64,000 bases of DNA, from positions 3,465,902 to 3,529,901 of the forward strand of contig JADJGF010000001.1 in assembly GCA_016708125.1 (NCBI GenBank). The letters are read 5' to 3'. The notes below the pieces were generated by a model. The model was not told the DNA's origin and made no database searches. It worked only from the letters and a program-made list of their open reading frames with translations. Both the position numbers and the translations under genes were made by a program. The stretch is from Ignavibacteriota bacterium. Its GTDB lineage: Bacteria > Bacteroidota > Ignavibacteria > Ignavibacteriales > Melioribacteraceae. This document shows, one piece after another, positions 1 to 8,343 of the stretch (within the stretch, counting starts at the first letter, position 1; each line of letters opens with the position of its first letter).

Positions 1-567
1 CTTCTAAAAGTAAAATTGGGAACATCAAACGATAAAAGAATAATTAATGCAATTCGTTCTGAAACAAATAAAATTTTAGCTGTAGATATAAACCAAGGTT
101 GGACCGATAAAGAATTTGCATTGGATATGATTTATTGGATGAATGAAAATAACGTTAAAATGATTGAACAGCCGATGCCAAAAGAAAAAATTGATGATAT
201 TGCTTGGTTAACAGAAAAAAGTCCGCTGCCAATTTTTGCAGATGAAGGAGTTCAAAGATTAAAAGATGTTGCCTCGGCAAAAGGTGTTTATTCCGGAATA
301 AACATAAAATTAATGAAATGTACCGGAATGAGAGAAGCACATAAAATGTTGAATTTGGCAAAATCATTAAATTTACAAGTTATGATCGGATGTATGACAG
401 AAACTTCTTGCGCAATTTCTGCTGCCGCACAATTATCCCCGCACGTTGATTGGGCAGATTTGGATGGAAATCTTCTTATTAAAAATGATCCTTATGAAGG
501 AATTAAAATTATTGATGGCAAAATTTCTTTGAATGAAAATCCCGGAATTGGTTTAAAATTATCTTAG
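1..567 (+). CDS. Enolase-superfamily enzyme (dipeptide epimerase / muconate cycloisomerase-like), C-terminal part; 5' end outside window
   Basis: Frame is open from base 1 (LLKVKLGTSNDK...). KVKLG, DINQGW, MIEQP and FADE patterns are typical of MR/MLE-type enolase-superfamily barrels. The track ORF start at 16 is an internal TTG. Confidence 0.7.
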   Translation, partial: LLKVKLGTSNDKRIINAIRSETNKILAVDINQGWTDKEFALDMIYWMNENNVKMIEQPMPKEKIDDIAWLTEKSPLPIFADEGVQRLKDVASAKGVYSGINIKLMKCTGMREAHKMLNLAKSLNLQVMIGCMTETSCAISAAAQLSPHVDWADLDGNLLIKNDPYEGIKIIDGKISLNENPGIGLKLS

Positions 568-799
568 TTAAATTAATTTAGAAATAAATTATTTTAGAGT
601 TTTTTCAACAAAACCTTTCCAAATAAACAAAGAAACTAATTTTAATTAATATAAATTTGCCGTTATTATTGTAATTAGCTCAAAATGAAATTTTTAATTA
701 AAATTTTGTGATTAGTAACACAAAAAATCTGCATTTATTATCATTTCTTAGTGTTCATAAATTTATTATTATGTTAAAGTTATTTGTTGACAAATTCTT

Positions 800-1879
800 A
801 TGCAGAAATTTTCTAAAATATTAACCGGTTTTTCATTCTTAGACCAAAAATGGGGCGGAATTTATCCCGGCGGAAATTATTTAATTATTGGATCTAAAAA
901 TGCCGGCAAAACTTTGCTTGCTTTAAAAATGATTGAGAATTTCGTTTCAACAAATTTAACCACTGTATTAATAAGTAATCAAAGAATAAAAAATTTAGAA
1001 ATTCAAGCTTCATCGCTTTATTTTAATATTGAAGAACCAATTAAAACCGGAAAATTATTATTCCACAAAAATGAAGAAATTTTTAAATCGTTGGAATCAT
1101 TTAAAAGTTTTTTAAATGAAAAAAATCCGTCAGTAATTTTTGTTGATCAATTATTGCAAAATTCATTTTTCAGTTCTGCTGAAAAATATCTTCAAGTTAT
1201 AGAATTGTTGGAAGAAAAAAACATCACAATTTTTTCAATAAATTCTTTACCTCAAGATGAAAATTCAAAAAATCTTATAAAAGAAATTATTCAATATTCT
1301 ACCGGAATAATCCAACTTCAAAGAAGTTCGGAAAAAAGAATTTATTCGGGACAAATTACAATTAAACCCAATATTGGTCATATTGAAGGCGAGTTTGAAA
1401 CAAATTATAAAGTTGTACCGATTAAAGGATTTGTAACTCTTGCTGATAACGAAAATGATTTGTTGAAATTACTTTCCAAAGTAAATTCTGAGTATGACAT
1501 TTTATCTCAAAATCAAAAATTTGATTACACAATTATTTATGATTTTGAAGAATTCAAACTTTTAACGGAAAGTAGAAAATCTTACGCACAAAAAACAAAT
1601 TCGCAAGTAAATATTATTATTTATAAAATTAAGAACGAGATTGTTGGCGCAATTGAGTTATGCAGAATTATTCAAAAAGCATTAAATACCGGCGATAAAA
1701 TAAGTTATAAAAATAGTACGGTTTTTATTTTACCGCAGAATAATGAAGCTGAAGTTGTTGAAAAGTTATTAAAAAATCTTGATAAAAATATTGCGGATTC
1801 GTTTAAACATATTCCTGGCATAGAATTTTTAATTACAAAGCGAAAGGAATTTTTAACTCAAACGTTTAATTTAGATTAA
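800..1879 (+). CDS. KaiC/RecA-superfamily P-loop ATPase with C-terminal GGDEF-like (signature-less) domain
   Basis: Walker A GSKNAGKT, Walker B-like SVIFVDQL, and N-terminal FLDQKWGGIYPGGNYLIIG typical of KaiC/RadA-like ATPases. The C-terminal ~120 aa resemble a GGDEF fold but lack the GGDEF motif. Confidence 0.6.
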   Translation: MQKFSKILTGFSFLDQKWGGIYPGGNYLIIGSKNAGKTLLALKMIENFVSTNLTTVLISNQRIKNLEIQASSLYFNIEEPIKTGKLLFHKNEEIFKSLESFKSFLNEKNPSVIFVDQLLQNSFFSSAEKYLQVIELLEEKNITIFSINSLPQDENSKNLIKEIIQYSTGIIQLQRSSEKRIYSGQITIKPNIGHIEGEFETNYKVVPIKGFVTLADNENDLLKLLSKVNSEYDILSQNQKFDYTIIYDFEEFKLLTESRKSYAQKTNSQVNIIIYKIKNEIVGAIELCRIIQKALNTGDKISYKNSTVFILPQNNEAEVVEKLLKNLDKNIADSFKHIPGIEFLITKRKEFLTQTFNLD

Positions 1880-1883
1880 AAAT

Positions 1884-4808
1884 ATGACCATAACTGAACA
1901 AATATTGAATCTTCTTGAAATAAATGAAAATGCTCCGGCTTTGGTTCTTAACCAATTTGCAGATGTTGTTGCAAAAAATGATGTTTGGTCAAAATATTTT
2001 GGCAAAGCAGAAACTGGAAAAAGCTTTTATAATATTTTTGATAAAAATACTTCGCTTTTGATTAAAAGTAGTTTGATTGATTCTAAAACTTTTCTAAAAG
2101 TTAAAACAAGAGAAATTCAATATTTAGCTTCCGGAGAAATTAAATATTTTCAATTGGTAATTTCACCGTTCAAAATTCAGAATAATTTATATTTCTACTT
2201 TTTAATTTATGATGAAAATCATAAAAATGATTTTATTGTTTATCCCACAATTGATGATTTCAGCTATCATAAAAAATATGAATACATTTTCAATTTGTTA
2301 AAAACAGCGGATCCGGAAAATCAAATTATAAATAATCTAAAATATTATACTGAAATTGAGAAAGAACCGATTGCATTAAAGGATTTTTCAAATTTTATTT
2401 TGATGAACCAAAGTTTTAAATCATTTATGCTTCCGGAAGAAAGTAACCAAGAAATTCCACTTAATGTTAGAATTAAAACAAGCGAACTTTTGCTTATAAT
2501 TTATTCTCTCGAAAAAGAAATTTTTGATCCGCAAAATCATTTTATCATTGAAAATACTTTTCCAAATTCGGTAAACATTGCAGAAAGTAACAAAATTTTG
2601 GTATTTCCATTTATACGAAAAAATGAAACTCTTATAATTGGCAAGCTGGATTTGCAAGCAAAATTCGGAATAGTACCAAAAACGGAAAATCTTAAAAAAG
2701 AAGATCAGCAAATTATTAGCGAGCTGCCGACAATTATTTATGATCCGAATAATTTTGAAATTTTAGATACAAATAAACAGTGCGCAGATATTTACGGATA
2801 TGATTTAGATGAATTGAAATCGATGAATTTAATTGAATTATTTCTTCCGGAAGACATGCAGAAATTATTAAATCCGGAAGTAGATTTAAATAAAATTGAA
2901 TATAAACAGCTCAAAAAAGACGGAAATGAAATTCGCATAAATGTAAAAAGAGAAAATGTAGTTTGGGCAAATAGAAATGTAATTTTGGAAACAATTCAAA
3001 TTATAGAAAAAAATACAAATGTAATTTTGGATGAAAAAATTACCGAATTACAAAAGGATGAAGTAGTTAAAGATATTATTGGAAATGGAATTAATGAAGT
3101 AATTTCAGAAGAAACAATTTCGAATATTGAAAATTTTGAAACAGTAAAAATTGAAGAAGAAAAAATTCCCGAAGAAATTTTAGAAAATAAAATTATCGAT
3201 GAAAAAATTGAAGAAATATCAAATGGAATTTCATCTGAAGTAAATAAAATTTCTGAAGAAATAAAAGTTGATGAGAAATTTTCAGAATCAAAACTTAGTA
3301 TTGAGCAGAAAGAAATTTTAAAAGATAAAAAAGAAATATCGCCGTTTTTATCATTTCTGTTTCACGAATTGCTGACTCCCGTAAATGTAATTTTAGGATT
3401 TGTGCAAGAAATTATTGACAGCGTGGATAATCTTTCGGAAGAGCAGGAAGAATCGGCAAAAATAATAAAAGAAAATCAGCAGCTTCTTCTTCAAACAATG
3501 AATTCCGCAGTTCAATATGCAAAATTAGAAGAAAACCTTTTGCCAATTAAAGTTGAAGAATTTGATCTCAAAAATTATATTGTTGATATTGAAGAAAGTG
3601 TTTCGAGAATTGCAGATAAACAAAATGTGAAATTAAATTTTACGCATTCCTTTGAAAAATTATTAATTAAAAACGATAAACAAAAACTTTTAGCATCAAT
3701 AAGTTATTTTCTAAAACTCATTTTAACTCTAACCGAAACTAAAGAAATATTTATTTCATTTTATTCAACTGAAGATAGTTTGATAATTTCTGCAAAAGAT
3801 AAACTTTCCGGAATTTCTAATAATTTGCTGAATAATATTTTAGAACTTTATAATTCGCCGAAAAGTTTTGAGAATAATAATTTTGGATTATCATCAATTG
3901 CATTGCGGCTTTCACAAAAATTGAATGATGTAATTTTTGCAAAAGTTACAAATTTAACAACAGATAAAGAGAATACTGCTGCGTTAATAATTCCAAGCAA
4001 TATTGAAAATAGTAAAAATATTCTTCATGAAATAAATTTTGTAAACCCAATTTTAAATGAAGAAGTTGAATCTTTGAAAGAAATTACGATTGATAAATTA
4101 GATAACGATATTGATGAAATTGTAGAAGCAGAAAATGAATTGCATGAGTTTTCAAATGATATGTTTGATGAAGAAAATGAATTATCTGAATTTACTGATG
4201 AAATTATTCATGAAGAAAATGACGAAATAAAACTTGAAGACTCGGAAATTATTTTGGAAAATGAAAAAAATAATTCTGCAAATTCTGAAATGAAATATGA
4301 AGAAACCAAAATTATTTTTGAAGAACCCGAAATTGCAAATGAAATTGATGAAAGAATAATTGAAGATTTTAGCGAAGAAGAAATTTTAGAAAATGAAATT
4401 GAAACTGTAAATGAAGAGAAACCAATTAACAAATTTAAAATTTCTGATATTTCTTGTCTGTTTATTGATGATTCAATCGATTCGCAATTATTATTTAAAT
4501 CACAATTACATGATTTAAAACATTTGAGTATGGCATCAAATTTAATTGATGCATTACCGCTTTTAGAAAAATTCACATTTGATATAATTTTGGTTGATAT
4601 AAATCTTAATCATAAGTTTAATGGTTTTGATGCGCTGAAAATTATTCGTCAATTTAATGATTTTAAAACCACACCAATTGCCGCACTTACCGCATATCCA
4701 TTTGAAGGCGATAGAGAAAAATTCTTAATGTTCGGATTTACAGATTATTTTGTAAAACCATTGTTAAGAGATAATCTGCTAAATTCTTTCGAAAAAATTC
4801 TTTCGTAA
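1884..4808 (+). CDS. Hybrid sensor histidine kinase / response regulator (PAS-like, HisKA, degenerate HATPase-like, REC)
   Basis: H-box FLFHELLTPVNVILGF. C-terminal receiver with FIDDS, ILVDINL, ALTAY and FVKP. PAS-like segment IIYDPNNFEILDTNKQCADIYGYDLDEL. Two long acidic E/I/K/N-rich linkers. N/G1/G2 boxes are not recognisable. Confidence 0.75.
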   Translation: MTITEQILNLLEINENAPALVLNQFADVVAKNDVWSKYFGKAETGKSFYNIFDKNTSLLIKSSLIDSKTFLKVKTREIQYLASGEIKYFQLVISPFKIQNNLYFYFLIYDENHKNDFIVYPTIDDFSYHKKYEYIFNLLKTADPENQIINNLKYYTEIEKEPIALKDFSNFILMNQSFKSFMLPEESNQEIPLNVRIKTSELLLIIYSLEKEIFDPQNHFIIENTFPNSVNIAESNKILVFPFIRKNETLIIGKLDLQAKFGIVPKTENLKKEDQQIISELPTIIYDPNNFEILDTNKQCADIYGYDLDELKSMNLIELFLPEDMQKLLNPEVDLNKIEYKQLKKDGNEIRINVKRENVVWANRNVILETIQIIEKNTNVILDEKITELQKDEVVKDIIGNGINEVISEETISNIENFETVKIEEEKIPEEILENKIIDEKIEEISNGISSEVNKISEEIKVDEKFSESKLSIEQKEILKDKKEISPFLSFLFHELLTPVNVILGFVQEIIDSVDNLSEEQEESAKIIKENQQLLLQTMNSAVQYAKLEENLLPIKVEEFDLKNYIVDIEESVSRIADKQNVKLNFTHSFEKLLIKNDKQKLLASISYFLKLILTLTETKEIFISFYSTEDSLIISAKDKLSGISNNLLNNILELYNSPKSFENNNFGLSSIALRLSQKLNDVIFAKVTNLTTDKENTAALIIPSNIENSKNILHEINFVNPILNEEVESLKEITIDKLDNDIDEIVEAENELHEFSNDMFDEENELSEFTDEIIHEENDEIKLEDSEIILENEKNNSANSEMKYEETKIIFEEPEIANEIDERIIEDFSEEEILENEIETVNEEKPINKFKISDISCLFIDDSIDSQLLFKSQLHDLKHLSMASNLIDALPLLEKFTFDIILVDINLNHKFNGFDALKIIRQFNDFKTTPIAALTAYPFEGDREKFLMFGFTDYFVKPLLRDNLLNSFEKILS

Positions 4809-4871
4809 AGATTTAGAAAACTTTCTTTCAAATTCCGCAAAAAAATAAAAATGTTGCTCAAATTTTTATTC

Positions 4872-4900
4872 TTGACAATCTATTATTGTGTTAGTAAATT
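4872..4900 (+). promoter_or_regulatory. Sigma-70-like promoter candidate upstream of lexA
   Basis: TTGACA (4872-4877), 17-nt spacer, TAAATT (4895-4900). Confidence 0.3.
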
Positions 4901-4903
4901 ATG

Positions 4904-4919
4904 CCATACAACTGTATGG
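4904..4919. promoter_or_regulatory. Perfect palindrome CCATACA-AC-TGTATGG; candidate operator (possibly LexA box)
   Basis: 7-bp inverted arms with a 2-nt spacer, starting 4 nt after the candidate -10 element. Confidence 0.3.
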
Positions 4920-4939
4920 TATTTATTTCGCATACAAAA

Positions 4940-4976
4940 AAGATTAAGAATAAGATTAAGAGCAAGAGTAAGATTG
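4940..4976. repeat. Array of ~6 degenerate tandem hexamers (AGATTA/AGAATA/AGAGCA/AGAGTA); left arm
   Basis: aagattaagaataagattaagagcaagagtaagattg, with AAG recurring every 6 bp. Confidence 0.8.
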
Positions 4977-5039
4977 ATTCTAATATTTATATAAAATTTT
5001 AGTTTTTCGGAAGTTTCTCAAAATATTTTTTTTCACTTT

Positions 5040-5079
5040 CTTAATTTCTTAATCATAATCTTACTCCTAATCTTACTCA
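5040..5079. repeat. Inverted counterpart hexamer array (TAATCT/TACTCC-type units); right arm
   Basis: cttaatttcttaatcataatcttactcctaatcttactc. Its reverse complement has the same AAG-every-6-bp pattern as 4940-4976. Confidence 0.8.
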
Positions 5080-5110
5080 TTTTTGTGACTAACCAGCCGA
5101 AGGTGTGCTT

Positions 5111-5731
5111 ATGCCAAAAGAATTAACAAAAACTCAGCAAAAAATTTTAGAATTTTTAACGGAATCCAAACTAAAAGGATTTATGCCTACTCTTGCAGAA
5201 ATTGCAAAAAAGTTTGGATATAACAATCGCTCAACTGTTCAGCAGCATTTGCAAGCAATTGAGAAAAAAGGTTATATAAAAAGGAATTCAAAATTATCAA
5301 GAAGTATTGAACTTTTGCTGGAAGATAAATTTTTTATTCCCAAGCCAATTCTTGGTGAAGTTGCCGCGGGAAATCCGTTAACAATTTATCCCGATGCAAT
5401 TGATACAATTGAACTTCCTACAATTGTGCATATGCCGAATGATTCATTTTTGCTTCGTGTAAAGGGAGACAGTTTAAAAGATGCGTACATTTTCAGCGGA
5501 GATGTGATAATTGTAAATCCGAATTTAGAACCAGTAAACGGAAAAATTGTTGTTGCAATTTTAGATGATGCTGCAGTAGTAAAAAGGTTTTTTAAGAAAT
5601 CAAATTCAATTGAGCTGCATTCGGAAAATCCGAAATATCAGCCAATAATAATTAAAAAGAATTATGTTAATTTTAAATTAGTTGGAATTGTTGTGGGAAT
5701 TTACAGAAACATGGAAACAATGGTGGGATGA
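5111..5731 (+). CDS. lexA: LexA repressor (S24 self-cleaving transcriptional repressor)
   Basis: N-terminal winged HTH (LTKTQQKILEFL..., PTLAEIAKKFGY). Ala-Gly cleavage site in GEVAAGNPL, catalytic Ser in VKGDSL, Lys in AVVKRF. GAAGG RBS 7 nt before ATG 5111. Confidence 0.9.
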   Translation: MPKELTKTQQKILEFLTESKLKGFMPTLAEIAKKFGYNNRSTVQQHLQAIEKKGYIKRNSKLSRSIELLLEDKFFIPKPILGEVAAGNPLTIYPDAIDTIELPTIVHMPNDSFLLRVKGDSLKDAYIFSGDVIIVNPNLEPVNGKIVVAILDDAAVVKRFFKKSNSIELHSENPKYQPIIIKKNYVNFKLVGIVVGIYRNMETMVG

Positions 5732-5742
5732 AAAGAGAAAAG

Positions 5743-5789
5743 CCTTAACCACAAAGAACACAAAGAAAGGCGCACAAAAGTCACAAAGG
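5743..5789. repeat. CACAAAG-type short tandem repeat array (forward arm)
   Basis: ccttaaccacaaagaacacaaagaaaggcgcacaaaagtcacaaagg. Confidence 0.85.
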
Positions 5790-5797
5790 AAAGAAAA

Positions 5798-6169
5798 ATG
5801 AATGAAGATCAATTATCGAATGTTGTAATAGGTTTAGCAATAAATGTTCATAAAAATTTAGGACCCGGATTATTAGAATCGGCATATGAAGAATGTTTGT
5901 TTTATGAATTAAATAAAAATGGATTGTTTGTTGAAAAACAAAAACCAATGCCATTGATTTATGAAGAAGTTAAATTGGATTGTGGTTATAGAATTGATTT
6001 AATGATTGAAAGAAAATTAATTTTAGAAATTAAATCAGTTGAAGCATTGAATGATGTGCATTTAGCTCAGATATTAACTTATTTAAAATTAGCTGAATGC
6101 AAGCTTGGTTTATTGATTAATTTCAATGTAAAATATTTGAAAGATGGAATCAAAAGAGTTATTCTTTGA
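5798..6169 (+). CDS. GxxExxY family protein (PD-(D/E)XK nuclease-like fold)
   Basis: GPGLLESAYEECL carries the G-x-x-E-x-x-Y signature. Length is ~123 aa. D/ExK-like RIDLMIERKLILEIK. Confidence 0.85.
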   Translation: MNEDQLSNVVIGLAINVHKNLGPGLLESAYEECLFYELNKNGLFVEKQKPMPLIYEEVKLDCGYRIDLMIERKLILEIKSVEALNDVHLAQILTYLKLAECKLGLLINFNVKYLKDGIKRVIL

Positions 6170-6212
6170 GTTCTTTGTGAAAAAAAACTTTGTGTTCTTT
6201 GTGGTTAAAAGG
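6165..6212. repeat. CACAAAG-type array, inverted arm (CTTTGTG units)
   Basis: tttgagttctttgtgaaaaaaaactttgtgttctttgtggttaaaagg. 6188-6212 is the reverse complement of the 5743-5766 core, apart from a short insertion in the terminal ttaaaagg segment. Confidence 0.85.
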
Positions 6213-6218
6213 AGTAAA

Positions 6219-6716
6219 ATGAAAACTAAATTTGTTACATATATTAAATCCCCAATTGGACAAATAAAACTTTCCGCTGAAGAAAATTTTATTACTTCCA
6301 TTCTTTTCGTTTTTGACGATACAGAAATGGAAGCGGAAAATGTAAATCCGGTTTTAACCCAATGCAAAAAAGAACTTGCCGAATATTTTATTGGAAAAAG
6401 AAATGAATTTACCATTCCAATAAAACAAGAAGGAACAGAATTCCAACAAAAAGTTTGGAACGAATTACTCAAAATCCCTTATGCAAAAACTGTATCATAT
6501 AATTTTATTGCAGAATCTCTGGGTGATAAAAAATCAATTAGAGCAGTTGGCGTAACAAACGGAAAAAATCAAATATCAATTATAGTTCCGTGTCATAGAG
6601 TAATTGGTAGCGATGGAAGTCTTACCGGTTATGCCGGCGGATTGTGGAGAAAAAAATGGCTGCTTAATCACGAAAAAGAATTTTCCGGCGAAGAAAAACA
6701 AATGGAGATGTTTTAA
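6219..6716 (+). CDS. ogt: Methylated-DNA--protein-cysteine methyltransferase (Ogt/MGMT)
   Basis: Active-site PCHRVIG and the upstream FQQKVW...IPYAKTVSY pattern. AAGGAG RBS before ATG 6219. The track start at 6144 lies in the repeat array. Confidence 0.9.
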   Translation: MKTKFVTYIKSPIGQIKLSAEENFITSILFVFDDTEMEAENVNPVLTQCKKELAEYFIGKRNEFTIPIKQEGTEFQQKVWNELLKIPYAKTVSYNFIAESLGDKKSIRAVGVTNGKNQISIIVPCHRVIGSDGSLTGYAGGLWRKKWLLNHEKEFSGEEKQMEMF

Positions 6717-6720
6717 AAAA

Positions 6721-6807
6721 CTTAACCACAAAGAACACTAAGAAAAAGATTCACAAAGAATATTAACTTTGTGTTCTTTGTGAATAATCTTTGTGTACTT
6801 TGTGGTT
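6721..6807. repeat. Self-complementary pair of CACAAAG / CTTTGTG arrays with no gene between them
   Basis: cttaaccacaaagaacactaag...tcacaaagaa / ctttgtgttctttgtga...ctttgtgtactttgtggtt. Confidence 0.85.
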
Positions 6808-6836
6808 TATCTTTTCATTCATTTATTTGAGATCAA

Positions 6837-7256
6837 ATGTATATCCAAACAGAAATAAATCTTAAACCTAAAAATCGCGGATTTCATATCATCACTCGCG
6901 AAGTAGAAAATGCAATTCCAGAAATGAAAAATATCAAAACTGGGCTTGCAAATATTTTTATTCAGCACACATCCGCATCATTAACAATAAACGAAAATGT
7001 ATCGCCGGATGTTCGCAGAGATATGGAAAAATATTTTAATAATATTGTTTCGGAAAATATTTCTTATTTTGAACATACTTATGAAGGCACAGATGATATG
7101 CCGGCTCATATAAAATCTTCATTGCTTGGACCATCGCTTACAATTCCAATAAAAGATGGGAAATTTAATCTGGGCACTTGGCAAGGAATTTATCTTTGTG
7201 AGCACAGAGATTACGGCGGCTCAAGAAAAATTGTAATTACTTTAATGGGAGAATAA
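6837..7256 (+). CDS. YjbQ/UPF0047 family protein (secondary thiamine-phosphate synthase-like)
   Basis: 139 aa. RGFHIIT, HTSASLTINEN, MPAHIKSSLLG and GTWQGIYLCEHRD are characteristic of YjbQ. Confidence 0.85.
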   Translation: MYIQTEINLKPKNRGFHIITREVENAIPEMKNIKTGLANIFIQHTSASLTINENVSPDVRRDMEKYFNNIVSENISYFEHTYEGTDDMPAHIKSSLLGPSLTIPIKDGKFNLGTWQGIYLCEHRDYGGSRKIVITLMGE

Positions 7257-7328
7257 TTCCCATCGATTTTGTTATAAAATTGTGATACTTTTATTTTAAT
7301 TGTCTTCAAAAAAGAAAGTATTTATAAA

Positions 7329-8183
7329 ATGAAAAAAATATTATCAATTTTTATCACAGTATTTTTATTTGCTAATGTTAACAAATCTTTTGCTCAATGT
7401 TCAGATGCCGGAGTTTGTCAACTTGGTTTTGAGCATGAAGAATCTAATAAAAATTATAATGTTGGAGTATCTTACTCTTTTGGATCAAGCGGTAAAGATG
7501 ATGATGTAAAATTTCATTCCGCCAAGTTAAACTTTTTCTATCAACCATTTCGCAATACAAAATTAACAGTAATACTACCTTATAATATGCAATCCGGACC
7601 ATTAGGTGATGTAAGTGGAATAGGCGATTTAATTTTAAGTTTTACCCAAAATATTTTTAGTGATAGAATCCAATCAGCTTCTTTTACCTTTGGCGGAAAA
7701 ATTGCAACCGGTGACGATAATCAAAAAAAAATACCTCAGATTTATCAAAGTGGATTAGGTACTAATGATTTGTTACTTGGATTAAACTACTCAAATAGAA
7801 ATGTTATGTTGGGAGTAGGCTATCAAGTTGCCGGAAATAGAAATGATAATTCCGTTACACGCTTAGAACGCGGTGATGATTTTATTGCAAGAGGAAGTTA
7901 CATTTTTGAGGTTGATAAATTTAATATTTCTCCGCAATTATTATTGATTAAGAGAATTGGTAAATCAAGTGTTTTAGATTTAACAGTTGCTGAAGAAAAA
8001 TTTATTGAAGTAGAAGATAGCGATCAACTTCAAATAAACTTTCTTGTAAATGCCGATTATGAAATTAATAAAGATATGATTATAACAGCAGAAATTGCAT
8101 TCCCATTCCTAAAAAGAGAAATAAATGTTGATGGATTGACTCGGGCATTTTCTGCTGGTGTTGGTATAAATTATTCGTTTTGA
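7329..8183 (+). CDS. Outer-membrane beta-barrel protein (MetA-pathway/transporter-like)
   Basis: Signal peptide ending FA-Q, alternating beta-strand pattern, SGIGDLILSF motif, C-terminal aromatic residue (YSF). Confidence 0.5.
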   Translation: MKKILSIFITVFLFANVNKSFAQCSDAGVCQLGFEHEESNKNYNVGVSYSFGSSGKDDDVKFHSAKLNFFYQPFRNTKLTVILPYNMQSGPLGDVSGIGDLILSFTQNIFSDRIQSASFTFGGKIATGDDNQKKIPQIYQSGLGTNDLLLGLNYSNRNVMLGVGYQVAGNRNDNSVTRLERGDDFIARGSYIFEVDKFNISPQLLLIKRIGKSSVLDLTVAEEKFIEVEDSDQLQINFLVNADYEINKDMIITAEIAFPFLKREINVDGLTRAFSAGVGINYSF

Positions 8184-8343
8184 ATGAACCCCAATTTACA
8201 AAACTTCATGTAAATTAATTTTCTCTCATAGGGGGAACATTTTGTTAAAATTTTATAGCAATAGTTTAACACAATAAATCACATTATAATTACACCGTAA
8301 AATAACTAAACTCAACTTAAAATCTTTTAAAGGAGGATTTACC

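Noticed and set aside
705-726. Palindrome TTTTGTG-N8-CACAAAA upstream of the KaiC-like operon, and the similar TTGTG(A)TTAGTAA string at 4886-4898 upstream of lexA, as a shared operator
   Set aside because: The strings are short and AT-rich, with only two occurrences and imperfect identity. Chance similarity cannot be excluded from this window alone.
3000-4440. Repetitive E/I/K/N-rich stretches in the histidine kinase gene as tandem DNA repeats or an inserted element
   Set aside because: No exact repeat unit is present. The stretches are in frame and behave as low-complexity acidic linkers between recognisable domains.
6144-6218. Upstream extension of ogt from the track start at 6144
   Set aside because: The extension is the translation of the CTTTGTG repeat array (FFVKKNFVFFVVK). 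ATG 6219 has an AAGGAG RBS.
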